64,000 bases of DNA from Chrysomallon squamiferum (Eukaryota > Animalia > Mollusca). A program made the position numbers and the translations under genes. Positions 43,748-57,720 of the stretch are shown in pieces. Position 1 is the first letter of the stretch. Every line of letters begins with the position of its first letter. The notes below the pieces were generated by a model that was given only the letters and a program-made list of their open reading frames with translations, had not been told where the DNA came from and ran no database searches. The stretch is taken from NCBI GenBank assembly GCA_012295275.1, contig CM022665.1:30318001-30382000 (forward strand), read 5' to 3'.

Positions 43748-44710
43748 TATATAAGCTGTGTTTGTTAAAAGTGCAGAAGATGTGTTTGTCAGACATATAT
43801 AAGTTGTGTTTGACGTGTATAAGTTGTGTCTCACGTATATAAGTTGTATTTGTCAGACGTATATAAGCTTTATTTGTCAGACGTACATAAGCTGTTTGTC
43901 TGAGGTATGTAAGTTGTATTGACGTATATAAGTTGAGTTTGTCTGACGTAAATAAATTGTGTTTGTCTGACGTATATAAGTTGTATTTGTCTGACGTGTG
44001 TAAGTTGTGTTTATCTGACGTTTATAAGTTGTATTTGTCTGACGTGTATAAGTTGTGTTTATCTGACGTTTATAAGTTGTATTTGTCTGACGTGTATAAG
44101 TTGTGTTTATCAGACGTACATAAGTTGTGTTTGTCAGACGTATAAGCTGTCAGACGTATATAAGTTGTGTTTGTCTGACGTACATAAGCTGTGTTTGACG
44201 TATATAGGTTGTGTTTGTCTGACGTATATAAGTTGTGTTTGTCTGACGTATATAAGCTGTGTTTGTCAGACGTATATAAGCTGTGTTTGTCTGACGTATA
44301 TAAGCTGTGTTTGTCAGACGTATATTAGCTGTGTTTGACGTATATAAGCTGTGTTTGACGTATATAAGCTGTTTGTCTGACGTATATAAGCTGTGTTTGT
44401 CAGACGTACATAAGCTGTTTGTCAGACGTATATAGGTTGTGTTTGTCTGACTTATATAAGTTGTATTTGACGTATATAAGCTGTGTTTGTCTGACGTATA
44501 TAAGCTGTGTTTGTCAGACGTATGTAAGCTGTGTTTGTCAGACGTATATAAGCTGTGTTTGTCAGACGTATATAAGCTGTATTTGTCAGACGTACATAAG
44601 CTGTGTTTGTCAGACGTATATAAGTTGTATTTGTCAGACGTATATAAGCTGTGTTTGTCAGACGTACATAAGCTGTGTTTGTCAGACGTGTATTTGCTGT
44701 GTTTGTCAAA
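43748..44710. repeat. 24-bp minisatellite, roughly 40 copies including shorter deletion variants
   Basis: Unit GTTTGTC(A/T)GACGTATATAAG(C/T)TGT; it explains the 8-aa periodic ORFs (SDVYKLCL / TSDKHSLY). Confidence 0.96.
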
Positions 44711-44912
44711 CAGTTTTGGCCCAAAATGCGAGTTATAGTATTCTCTTATTTTAACCACGAGAACAGCTGCTTAATGAAATGGACCTTAAATATAAAAAGT
44801 CACAAACAAGCAAAACAATCCAAAGACCCATTACTTTCATTTTTAAAACAGCATATATGACAGACAAAACTACTGGCAACCTGTAAATAATCTTGAAGCT
44901 TTTATTTTTTCT

Positions 44913-44951
<39 letters not shown>

Positions 44952-47900
44952 ATACATATTTGTCTGCCATTTTATATTATATATTATATTACTGTAAATA
45001 TGGATCCATCTCCAAACCACTTTACTCGACAATAAATTATTCGTATCACTTACCATCTCGAAGTTAGATGATCCACTCCTGCAGGCATAATAAGCGATTC
45101 GTCTGATAAATTTCTTCATGTAAGGTGACACTGCCATGCATTCGCGTGTGCTATTAAATAAAGATACATTGCTCGACTGGTTAGGTCTGGTCAATCACAT
45201 TTTGTGGTCTAAGTAATAACATATTTATCCCTGAAGCCAGTTGTTGTCGTGCCACGTGGATAATAAGATTTGTCAAAAGCTAATAAAAATGAATCAGTGC
45301 TCCTGTCTCTAACACTTAAACAAACATACAGCCTACGATTTATTTATTTATTTATTTTATTTATGTTTTAATTTCGTTAAACTATATATTAACTTATTTT
45401 TTATTGGAAAAGATTTTTTTTTTAATTTTTAATTTTAATTTTAATTTTTTTATAAATACACCGAATGTTTCAATGAATGGAAGAATATTGTAGTGGAGGT
45501 CTTTTTTTATTTATTTATTTATTGTTTGTTTGTTTGAAAGAAAGAAAGAACAGAGTTGACACTATACTCTAACCCTTCAAAAACCCCACACAAAAAAAAA
45601 AAGAAAAAGAAAGATAGAAAAAGACATACTACTACTACCAATAATAATTACTTTCAAAGAAACTTAGTAATATTTGTATGTTTTTACATGTAGAAGTAAA
45701 TGAAAGCCACTAAATTTTTAAAGATCAGATCTGTGAATTTGAACTTCACTACATTTGGCCTATTGATTAAATCTCTATCACCTGTTGCGTTAATCACAGA
45801 CATATAACAAGATTCTAACATAAAATTCAATGTTTTAATGTGTTCTTAGTTATAGTTATTTATGTGTTTCTGAATCAAACAAAGTTTATATCGTTGTCGT
45901 TACTGATTTCTTTTTATCGTGTATTAGATAGTTTTCTTGAGCAGAAGAAAAAAAAAACGATGCTAATATGTTGGTGGTCAGTTGTTTATTTCTTTTTTTT
46001 CTTTTTTCAGTTTTTCGATTGTTTATTTTTTTTTTAAATATATTTCTTCTTCTTCTACTTCTTCCTTATTATTATTATCATCACCATCCATCATCATCAT
46101 CATCATCATCATTCATTATTATTTATTATTTGTTTAATGACGGCAACTCTTGCATGAATATGCATACAAGTCAAAAGCAAACGTTCATTATATTTGTTCT
46201 ACTGGGTTAAATTTGAAACAAAATACTTCTATGTCAAACTGCCTGTTTGTCTGAAAGTGATCACTGCAGTGCTTGCTAATCAGTAAATTTAATACAAAAG
46301 TGTCCAAATCGTACTCAGCGTGTTTAAAAACAGAGCTAAATAAATGTTTGATGATGTCGAAGGTTCACTTTTTGAAATGTTTTATGTGTGACCTGTCAAC
46401 ATTCTATCGAATTCTCTGGAGCCGATATCGATTCTAAAGTCTTGAATGGAAAGGGCATGTCAGCTAACATTCAATAAACGCAATCAGTGAGTGTTATACA
46501 CAGTTTCAACACCATACCTTCATTGTTTAACAAAATTTTAAATAGACACACCCAAACGCATTATACTGTATTATATTAAGGCCATATATAATTAAGTAAA
46601 CACCCAATATACAAACACCTATTATGCTTAACTGGTATTTTGCATATTGCTTTATTCTTATGATTCTAACCTATTAAAACAAACTTTCACGCAGAACTCT
46701 GAGATATATATATACTCTTTAATCTATTATTTTTGTCAGTGAGAGAAATCTATAACAAAAGAAACAAACGATCAAAAAAAAATAAATAAAATAAACAATA
46801 ATCAACCAAAAAAAAACAAAAAAAAAAAAAAAAAAAAAAAAAAAAACATGCTTTACTCGGTATCACTCGTTACTCAGAATATCTTGACAAACAAAATTAA
46901 TTTTGTATGTTATACGTTAACCTTTTTGTTTTCATAACTTTCTACGCTCGGAAGTAAGCAGAAACCATAAATATACGATTTGCATTGTTTACCTTCATTA
47001 TCTTTGACCCGGAAGTATTCATTATTCAAAAATTTCCGCCATCTTAATTCATGTGATTTTGAAAGAGTTCCTTGCAAAATCGTTTCTGAAAAATATTCAA
47101 ACTGAATCAAATAGTTTAAAATGGAGAATTAACATTCTTAAGAGAGCTTCTATATAAATCCGCTACGCAGGAAAAGATGAGTTCTTTTTACATTTCAAAA
47201 GAATATTAAGAGTTAAGATCTTGAACTTAAAGGCACGACTAAATATAAATGGAAAAGCTCTTGTGTTCGGGTTGTTACAAAGAAATGAGTTCCTCTACAG
47301 GCCTGAGAAATCTATTCAAAGGCAGTTTTCATCGTGATCTACAAATTCGATAATAATCACTTTCATACAAGTCGCAATCATCCGAGATAGAGGGACTACT
47401 GCTTTCTTACGTCACTGATACAACTCGTCGCTTTATCGATTGATTTAGCCTTAAGCATATTTCACTATATGGCATTGTGTGATGTTTTCTTTTAATGTTT
47501 TTTTTTTTTTTTTTTCTTTTTTTTTTAAAAGTGTTGTTTGTTTTACACAAAAAAGGAGACTGTTGACGCACAAAAATAGCATCGATCTCTCTGCAGAACT
47601 TTTTTCTTATTATTAATTTATCTTTCGTTTTTTTTTTTTTCGTTTTTATCTTTAATATGTTTTCCCCTCGTTCACGTTTTGTGAGCCTTTATAAATTTGT
47701 AAGCGCATGCTCGACTCTTATAATAAAATAGATTAACTAGCAAAACTGCAGTTGTAATCATTTGGTCAGGAAACGCGTAGAATTAAACCTGATACATTCA
47801 GTTATCGTCTGGAAATCTTTTTCTTTTCTTTTTGTTCACCGTTTGACAAAACCTAATTTTCTTCAGGAATATTTCTGCAGAGAAAAATGAAAATGTGAAG

Positions 47901-48837
47901 ATTTTTTTTCTATATTTTTTTCTTTTTTCTTTTTTTAATGTTGTTTGAAACGAAAATTTCTTTCCTGTTCATAAGAAATTACTGACCTTTTTTGTTATCT
48001 TGACAAATCTTTGTCGATATATTCTTGATAGCTGGAAAGTAAACTGATCAGCGCTTTAGTTTAAAGAGAGGGGTGTGGAAAAAAGTTAATCTGTGTAAAA
48101 TTAAATAAAATTTTACATATCGTAGTTGTTAAAAAAAAAAAAAAAAAAAAAATGGAGGAAGATTTTCCAGTTTAGAATTAATTGTTCATAATTTAAACAT
48201 TTTTGACATGAAATAGTTTGTCGGTATATCTAAATTAGCAATGATCAAGTCTATAAACTATTAGTTAGAGAAATTGACAGCAATCGTTGTTATGTCAACC
48301 TAAAAGAAACGTGACATCCAAATTTCAACATTCCGAATAAGAAAAGAATACTTTGTAATGTAAAATGTAAAAGTAAATTTAGATTTCTCTGGTTTTAATT
48401 AAATAAATAAATAAAAATATTGTTCTGTTTATTAATTAAAGTAATGTAAATAATTCATAACTCGGAGGTATGTTCATTGAAGCATGGATGCATTTAACTT
48501 ATTAGAGTTTTCAAAATGAAATGAGTTTTGCTACAATGAAAGAAAAAACCACAAAAAAACCCGATACCAGATGAACATAAATAGGAGGTCTGCTTGCACC
48601 ACCCATGGATGCTCATATTACTAATAAAATAGTTGGTACCACATTCATCAGCAGCAGATAGCCACGGACAAAGCAACCTCTCTCCACGTGGCAGCTGCAG
48701 TGGGTTTTATTATGAAATATAATTTTTCCTGTCTTTGTTAGAAAGAGATTCACAGCCTCGTAGTTACACAGTGGTAAACAGCAGAGAAGATAACTGATGC
48801 TGACTGAACTGTAGGACAGGCAAATAACTCGATGCTT

Positions 48838-49095
48838 TATATACATGTATGTATGTATGCATGTGTGTATGTGTACATACATACACATACATACATACAC
48901 ATACATACATACATACATATATACATACACATACATATATACATACATACATACATATATACATACACATACATACATACATACACATACATATATACAT
49001 ACATACACACACATATATACTTACATACATACACACACACACACTCATACATACATACATATACATATACAATACAGATATATATATATATATAT
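48838..49095. repeat. Compound (TATG)n/(TACA)n/(CA)n microsatellite
   Basis: Direct reading. Confidence 0.95.
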
Positions 49096-49507
49096 TATAT
49101 CCTTCCCTGTAACCCAGTATCCTAGAAACAATGGAACTATGTGAAGAGATAGATAACTCGTGAAAATTGTGTTCGAGTCGACGATGCTATGGCTGTGGCA
49201 CAAACAATGATGGCGCATCCGACCCAGCCTGCTATGTAGAGACCATTAATTTTTTATTGTCTAACATTTCCATCAAACTGCATTATGACTAGCGGCCAGC
49301 GCAGATCGATGGCGAAGTTTATTAACTCTTCCCTCCCGACGCGACGCTGTGCATATTTGATGCCGCCGTGCCGAACATCGTCTCCTGGCGTGCACGGAAA
49401 CTCGTTCTTCTAATTGATGGTGGCATTTTAAGTGGTAGTCGTGGTATGTTTGTTGTGCATGGAGATTAATCAAGTGACCCGAAACATGTGAAAAAAAATA
49501 GCCTTAG

Positions 49508-49546
<39 letters not shown>

Positions 49547-50345
49547 CTTTCAATCTAGATATTCTTCTGGAAATATATTCACTAGTTTAATTTCATTACA
49601 AAAGAAAAAAAAACAAACAAAAAAAAACACCTATCTTTGACTTTGATGTAGTTAGAATTTAATTTGCTTGGCTAATCTTTTATTTATTATTTTATTTTAC
49701 TTTTATCTATTTCTCTCTTTTCGTTAATTTTTTACATATACATGTATGTATGTATGTATGTATGTATGTAAGACTCGTTTCATTATCTAACAATTTTCAC
49801 ATTAAATTATAAAATACAGTTAATATAACGCTATTCCATTTTGCTTTCATCGACATGTGTATTCGTAAACATTTCTGTTATGGTGTGCTCAAATATGTGA
49901 CTGAATATATTTTCATTTAAATAAATTATTCATATTTTATTATAAATTGGTTATATATTTATTTTGACACACACACACACACACACACAATCGAGATAAA
50001 AATAATATACCATGTTGTTACCCTGCTATTTACGAATTTATATGTAAATTGTACTTTAACACCGGTTTTACATACAATATTCTCCATCTTAAAAACTATC
50101 TTTCCTTCTGTCAAACATCCATATATTTTTATAAAAAATGTCTGTTCCTATTTCACTCAGATCTAAAAGTGAGTGTAAAAATATTCAGAGAGATCATGGG
50201 ACAAAGCTTCCTTTAAATATGAAAATTTGTACGACTGTCGACATGTTTAAATCTTTCAAAAAGACATTAACAAAGCAGTAATGTGAATGGTTGAAAAGAC
50301 AGGAAACGTTTAATTATTATTCTTTGGATCTAATAATAAAAACTG

Positions 50346-50376
<31 letters not shown>

Positions 50377-52131
50377 GAATTAAAAAAAAAAAGAAAAGAA
50401 AATGAAGTAGTCTCTTTATGGACAAACGTGAACACGTAAGGTTTCATATTTTATGTGAATCGCCTCTGGAAAGCGATGCTTTGTTATTCAGACTTGTTAG
50501 AAATCTTAACTTTCTATAGGGAAACCTTATTTTAAAAAAAAATAAAAATAAAAATAAAATAAAAATCTATTTTTTGTTTACTAACATTATATTCATGTAT
50601 CACTATCGTGAACATTAGTGGTTGACAAATAACAGTTTAAGATGAAACAGCTTCAGAATTATGATTTGGCTCTCTGGCAGATCAAAGTGAACATTAATTA
50701 TATAATTATTTCCTAGTAGAAATTAGCCTAACACTGCATAATGCACTTCTAAATGTAGTATAAACTTTAGAACTCATTCCACTGAATATACTATTTACCT
50801 TGACTATCTCGCGTTTTACCACACCTTGAAAGTTATTCAAAGGGGTCGAGGTGTTTGAAATCTGTGTGTATTACTTATGGTTAATTATTATCGACAGAAA
50901 CTTATTTCCTAATATTCTTCTGATCTGTCAGTGAGACCTCAATCTATCATACTCGTGCAATACCTTTATCAGCTTAAGAAAGCTCAGCTAGGCTTACTCA
51001 AAATGGCAGCCGTGCTGTAACTCCTGTGTATTACGTCAAACAAATCGCTATAGGTGATATTCACGTAAAATCTCGCGTGAAGTTGCCTGGTGGCATAATA
51101 ATGTAACTATACGTGTGTCTGAAATTATTAGCGTTATTTTATCAACATTATTTAATGAAAATGAAAAAAGAGGTAAAAAAAAAGATGAATCAAGAAAAAA
51201 GATAAAAGAAAAAATTAAAAAGAACAAACAAGAGTTTAAAATAACAGAGAGAAAGAAAGAATGTAGTGACGCGAGCAAATTACTCTTGACACTATTAATA
51301 ATAAATCTATGATGTCGACTTATGCAAATTCGCTAAAAAAATAAAATAAAATAATAATAATAACAAAAAAAAAACCCAAAGACGCTAATAATAAATCATA
51401 CTTTGTCACGTAAAACGCATTATATCTTTTTTTTTTTTTTTTTTTTTTTTTATAAAAAGAAGAACAGCATGAGAAAGAAGTGGAAATATTACTTTAAAAA
51501 TAATAATAATAATAATAAAGGAAAAAAAAAAAAAAAAAGATGAAACTATGGCCCTGTGGAATAGAGTGACGCAAATACCAATGACGGTGATGGCAACAGT
51601 TGTTTCAGATGACGATGACTGCTGTTTATAAAACATGAACACACGTCACACAGAGAACCAATACTCTGTAAACACCGGTCGATAAGGAGGGAACTATTTT
51701 TATCTCCGTTCCTGTGCGGGACACGACATTGGGATTCTGCTGTAATGCATTCTTGTCTCTTGACGTAATTTCAGTCATCAATAATTCGCCAAAGAGAAAC
51801 GGTCTGTTATGAATTTAAATTGCAGCAACGTGCAAGACTTAATTTGATGCATTTCCGAAAATATCTTTAACTCTTTCCCACCGACATATATAAATAAATA
51901 AACATAGGAATCCATAGATAGTAATAGATGTTACTATTTATATAATATACACACACATGCACATAATCACACACAGATTATATGCATATACACATACATA
52001 CATACTACATGCATGCATACATACGTACGTACGTACACATAGATGTACGTGTCTGAATATATATACAAATATGAGAGAATAATCAACTGAAATAACAAAA
52101 TATTAAATCATAATAATTTCCCAAACGCAAA

Positions 52132-52183
<52 letters not shown>

Positions 52184-52860
52184 TCACCTGCAGTAATTAA
52201 CTTTTATGAAAAGACAAGGAGCAATATATGTAAATAAATACTCGACAGTGACAGATTCTTGGCATCAAGAAATGAAAATATCGAAATGCATGGAAAATTA
52301 TGTTGGCACCGAATTATAACTATCACTTATAATTTAAAACATTCCGTTTATGTACGTTACCAGTTGTTTTAAGATACTGTGAAATCATGAACTAATGTTT
52401 GAAATAACAACATTTTTCACTACTATTATTATATGTCATTAGTTTTTAATAATAATGATGATGATGATAAAAAGAAGAACAACAATAATAACTATGTATA
52501 TTTTAGTGTGTATTTATATATGTATATGTATATGGGTCTGTATGAGAATATGTGTATATCCTTATACCTATGTATATAATTTTGCAGTTGCATATGTATA
52601 TGTACTGACGTATACACCTATGTATGTAATTTTATATATGTATGCATATGCATGTATATGTTTCTTCGTGTTAATATATCTGTTCATGTATTTATGTACG
52701 ATTGTAAGTACTCACTGTGTATAATTATACACACACACACACACACACGTAAGTAGATATACAGATGATCAAAGTGTAAATATAAAAATAACGTTTCAAA
52801 AATACCATACGTATATGCCATATATATGTATATATGAATGTATGTATATGTATATGTATA

Positions 52861-52904
<44 letters not shown>

Positions 52905-53320
52905 CACACTCATACAAACATAAATGTAATATACAATAAGTATGTTCTCTTCTGAATGAACGCCTGTGACGTCAATGATTCATTAATAAACATATTTGTC
53001 TCTGAAAATGGCTCAGACGAGTTCTATAAAAAGACGTTTATGTAAGTGTACTGAGCTGATATTTAAATTAATGATTTTCATTATGTGAGTCTTTCACACG
53101 GATGACTTGTGTGTGTCTTAGATACGTGTTAATACGTACTAATTATCATGGAAGAGCGGTACGTTTATTCCACTACGTCACCAAAGCCGATACTTTATAG
53201 TAATTAAAAGTACAAGCTTTTCTGCCACAGTGGTTAAGCCTTTGTATCAAGAATGGTAATGTACTGAGTTCAGGTCATGGTAACTTCTCTTTCCTAACTC
53301 TTGTGTAATACCACTTTATC

Positions 53321-53662
53321 ATATAGATATAGATATAGATATAGATAGACAGATAGATAGACAGATAGATAGATAGATGGATAGATATAGATATAGATAT
53401 AGATAGATATAGATATAGATATAGATATAGATAGATATAGATAGATAGATATAGATATAGATATAGATAGATATATATAGATATAGATATAGATAGATAT
53501 ATATAGATATAGATATAGATAGATAGATATAGATATAGATATAGATAGATATATAGATAGATAGATAGATATAGATATAGATATAGATATATATTTTTGT
53601 TTTGCTTATGCCAGCCGATTTTGCAAATATCCACCCATAGCCATGCACACACACTCACAGGT

Positions 53663-53746
<84 letters not shown>

Positions 53747-53797
53747 AGACACACACACAGACACACAGACACACACACACACACACACACATATATA
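53321..53797. repeat. (ATATAG)n/(ATAG)n tract followed by (CA)n
   Basis: Direct reading; ATAG-type about 53321-53592, CA-type about 53647-53790. Confidence 0.95.
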
Positions 53798-54352
53798 CGA
53801 TTCTTTTTATATCGTCTAAAAACAGAAAACATAAGGACTGATAAACCTGTACGCATGAATACGCACACCCACACATACACATACAAGCACACAATGTCGT
53901 ATTTTTTTACACTGTATTAATGAACATTAGTTATAAGTTTAAAAGAAAAAATAGAAATACTTCTTACAGAGAATGGTAAAACAGTTATGCCCAGTTTCTG
54001 AATAATTCCTTTTCTTTTTATTTCTTTATTTTATTATTATTATTATTGTTTTTTCTTTATGTTATTTTATTTTATTTTATTTTACTTTTCATTAGGAGCA
54101 AAAGCTTTGCCATAAACATGAAAGCACATATCTTGTGAAAAACTAATTTATATATATATAACATCTTGTTTTCGGGAGTTTCTTTTTCTTTTCTTTTTGT
54201 TTTTCTTCTACTTTTCATATATATATGTTATGAAAAGCAGAGGAAATTTTGTAATATTTTATTTGACTATTATTATTATTATTTTTTTAAAGTCATAGTA
54301 AAACAAGCCTAAGTGTAAGATTTTGTCAGTGTTTTGTGCTATTTTGTTTCAG

Positions 54353-54420
54353 ACTTTGTGTTCTAACCAGCAGAACTTAAATGTATCCTTCAGCTAGAGA
54401 AGCTGACTTCGCGGATAAAC
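54353..54420 (+). other. Candidate 68-nt non-coding (5' UTR) exon
   Basis: Acceptor ATTTTGTTTCAG ending at 54352 and perfect intronic donor hexamer GTAAGT at 54421; same strand as Nav, 6.4 kb upstream. Confidence 0.4.
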
Positions 54421-54424
54421 GTAA

Positions 54425-55068
54425 GTATGTTAGTGTGTTATCACGTGACTCACACGTTTTTCAAACTGTTGTGAGTATGTTAGTGTGTTATCACGTGACT
54501 CACACGTTTTTCAAACTGTTGTATGTTAGTGTGTTATCACGTGACTCACACGTTTTTCAAACTGTTGTATGTTAGTGTGTTATCACGTGACTCACACGTT
54601 TTTCAAACTGTTGTATGTTAGTGTGTTATCACGTGACTCACACGTTTTTCAAACTGTTGTATGTTAATGTGTTATCACGTGACTCACACGTTTTTCAAAC
54701 TGTTGTGAGTATGTTAGTGTGTTATCACGTGACTCACACGTTTTTCAAACTGTTGTATGTTAGTGTGTTATCAGGTGACTCACACGTTTTTCAAACTGTT
54801 GTATGTTAATGTGTCATCACGTGACTCGCACGTTTTTCAAACTGTTGTGAGTATGTTAGTGTGTTATCACGTGACTCACACGTTTTTCAAACTGTTGTAT
54901 GTTAATGTGTCATCACGTGACTCACACGTTTTTCAAACTGTTGTATGTTAGTGTGTTATCACGTGACTCACACGTTTTTCAAACTGTTGTATGTTAGTGT
55001 GTTATCACGTGACTCATACGTTTGGAAACTGTTGTGAATGTGTTACTGGGTTATCATCTGACCCACAC
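54425..55068. repeat. 46/50-bp minisatellite, 13 near-identical copies plus one degenerate copy
   Basis: Unit GTATGTTAGTGTGTTATCACGTGACTCACACGTTTTTCAAACTGTT, with an extra GTGA after some units; copies counted by hand. Confidence 0.97.
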
Positions 55069-56000
55069 TACCTTCAGAACCTTTTTCTAATCTTAAACAA
55101 GTAGCTATACTACTACTAATTACTACTTCTATTACTACTAGTGCTAACACTGCTGTTATTAGTATTGTTATTAATACTACAAGTAGTGCTAGTACTTCTA
55201 CCACTACTGCTACTGTTACTGTTACTACTACTACTAATAATAATTATGATGATGACGATGATGAAGATGATAATGATGATTGTGTGTTTAATCATACATA
55301 CAAAAATATACATACGTCCATACATACGTACGTACTTACATAAACATTAGCTACTTACGTACATAAAATAAAAAAAGAAATAAAATAATAACAACAATAA
55401 TAACATCACCACCACCACCACCACCACCACCAAGAACAACAGCAACAACAACAATAATAATAATAATAATGATGATGATGATGATGAACATAGGAATAAA
55501 AATAGTTTCTATACAATAAATCCCCAAGTTTCATTCTTGTTTCTCAAGCGGCTCCTCTGTGACATTAACAGTGAAAAAAAAAATGTTTGCTTGGAGATTT
55601 GGACTATTGATAATTTCATGTTGCATTGCAAAGAATCACACATGAACGGGCATGCTGCCGATTCGTTATAGAAATTCAATTAAATTAATTAAAAATGTAT
55701 GAAATATGCGTGACAACGGTTATTGGAGTGTAAGATTATTTTAATAATGCATGTACTCGGTGAAAGAATGACATGGTTGCGTGGACGCAGTTTATCACAT
55801 TTCATCCAGTTTTTTGTTTGATTTGTGTGTGTGTTTTATTTGTGTTTGCTTTTTCATTTACTGCCGCCTTGTTTACTTGCTTGCTTAATTATTTTTATTG
55901 TGTTATTATAGGTTCTGAATAGCGGTACGTCTGTCGGTGATATCAGTTGTCAGTGATATGTTAGGTGTAAATATTTATACAATGGGTGATGATGTACCAG

Positions 56001-56035
<35 letters not shown>

Positions 56036-56243
56036 ACTTTAATCGTTAAAATATACTTACCTTTTTTCTTTTCTTTTCTTTAATAATTTGAATTAAAAAT
56101 ATTTTATATACATAGAAAAACGTACGTACGTACAGACACAAACACATATAAACATACATACACATACATATATACATGGTGGTTCATGGCGATGCGAGTG
56201 CTTGACGCAAAACTAGTAATAACTAACAATTAATTATATGTCA

Positions 56244-56245
<2 letters not shown>

Positions 56246-56324
<79 letters not shown>
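56246..56324. repeat. (AG)n microsatellite
   Basis: Direct reading. Confidence 0.96.
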
Positions 56325-56328
<4 letters not shown>

Positions 56329-57002
56329 CACTCGTACATTACCGACTGAAATGATAACGTCAGCTAGAGATTGTCTGGTTAAATATAGCTTTTGATTAAA
56401 TTCTGTTCCCTCTAGAAAAACCAAGAGACAGAAATGAATAGAAAAAGCTATAAACATAGAAGCCATTAAAGAACGAAAAAGTGTTGTCAAAAGAGAGATG
56501 GACAAAGAATTAACAACAAAAAAGATAAATAAGAATTAATAAGAAAATAACTTCATTATTTGTCATTATTAATATCTGAAACGTCAGTTGACGTAAAAAT
56601 ATACAATTAATTAATTAATTAACTAACAAATAAATACATAAACAAGTAAACAAAGAAACAAACAAATAAACAAACAAGGAGAAGTCGGCGTGCATTCGTT
56701 CTATGATTGAATATTGACCTGATTTATAGTAGAACTGTGATTAAATTTTGTTTCTGCAGAATAACGGGCAAGGGTCGATTGATTGACGCTGTGGTCGTAT
56801 CTAGAACATTCCTTTAACCCAGCCGTCAAGTGAGATTATCTGACGTTGTTAACTTATACGCAGCCTCAACGATGACGTCTTACAAGAGGGAACACCAACT
56901 ACAGTGTTGTGATTAAGTTTGTCTTTACTGATTGCTCGTCCTGATGAAATCTTCGATCTGTTCCATCGATTATCGCTTCTCGCAGCCAAAGGCGAAGCTT
57001 TT

Positions 57003-57038
<36 letters not shown>

Positions 57039-57680
57039 CAAGGTTTTTTTAAGTCGTCCTCAAATATCCCCATGGATAACTCGGTTTGCCAATTTCATTT
57101 TGGTGCGGATAAATAAATATGCGAATAATTTAGCCTGGATGTTTCATGGATTGTGTTGGAATAAATACTTTATTTCTTTTTTTTTTTTTCTTTTAACGAG
57201 CATTCTCGTGGACTTTTTTTATTATTATTTTTTTTTTAAATATTCTTTTTATCGAAACCTTTATTTACTTTCTACAGTACGTACGATTTCTCATTTTGTA
57301 ACTGTAACTGACAAGAAACAAGCGTCAGGTTTTAGATAAATATGTTACGTAAAAGTAAAAAGAAATGGGTTTTTAATCTCGCCGAAACGATTACGCTGTT
57401 ATCTCGGTATAAACATGAACATGCAGAAATGATTTGCATTTTGATCTGTTCTGATGTCCTAGTACAATTTGAAGTTATTTAGCAATAACATATTACTATC
57501 ATACCGCATACATAGACATTTAACATTCAAACAGACACATTCACGGATATTTATTTATATACAATAATATCTCAGTCATAATCAGTATGATTTAAAATAT
57601 CCCCTGATATCGAACTTTATTTTTATTTCTTGAAATAATAGTTTCCTTATAATACGAATCATTATAACTTGGGATTTTAA

Positions 57681-57720
<40 letters not shown>

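Noticed and set aside
44150-44758. 202-aa repetitive ORF and overlapping ORFs
   Set aside because: Direct consequence of a 24-bp tandem repeat open in several frames on both strands; no recognisable domain.
49508-49543. Long poly-A tracts (also about 46820, 56001, 63586) as retroposon tails
   Set aside because: No upstream element body or TSDs; homopolymers are pervasive here.
54383-54390. GTATCCTT U12-donor-like motif in the candidate UTR exon
   Set aside because: RTATCCTT octamers occur several times in the window (for example near 37548, 39370, 49096, 52556) as expected by chance, and I found no partner branch site.
54425-55068. CRISPR-like appearance (regular, palindromic repeat)
   Set aside because: Units are contiguous with no unique spacers, there are no cas genes and the context is eukaryotic.
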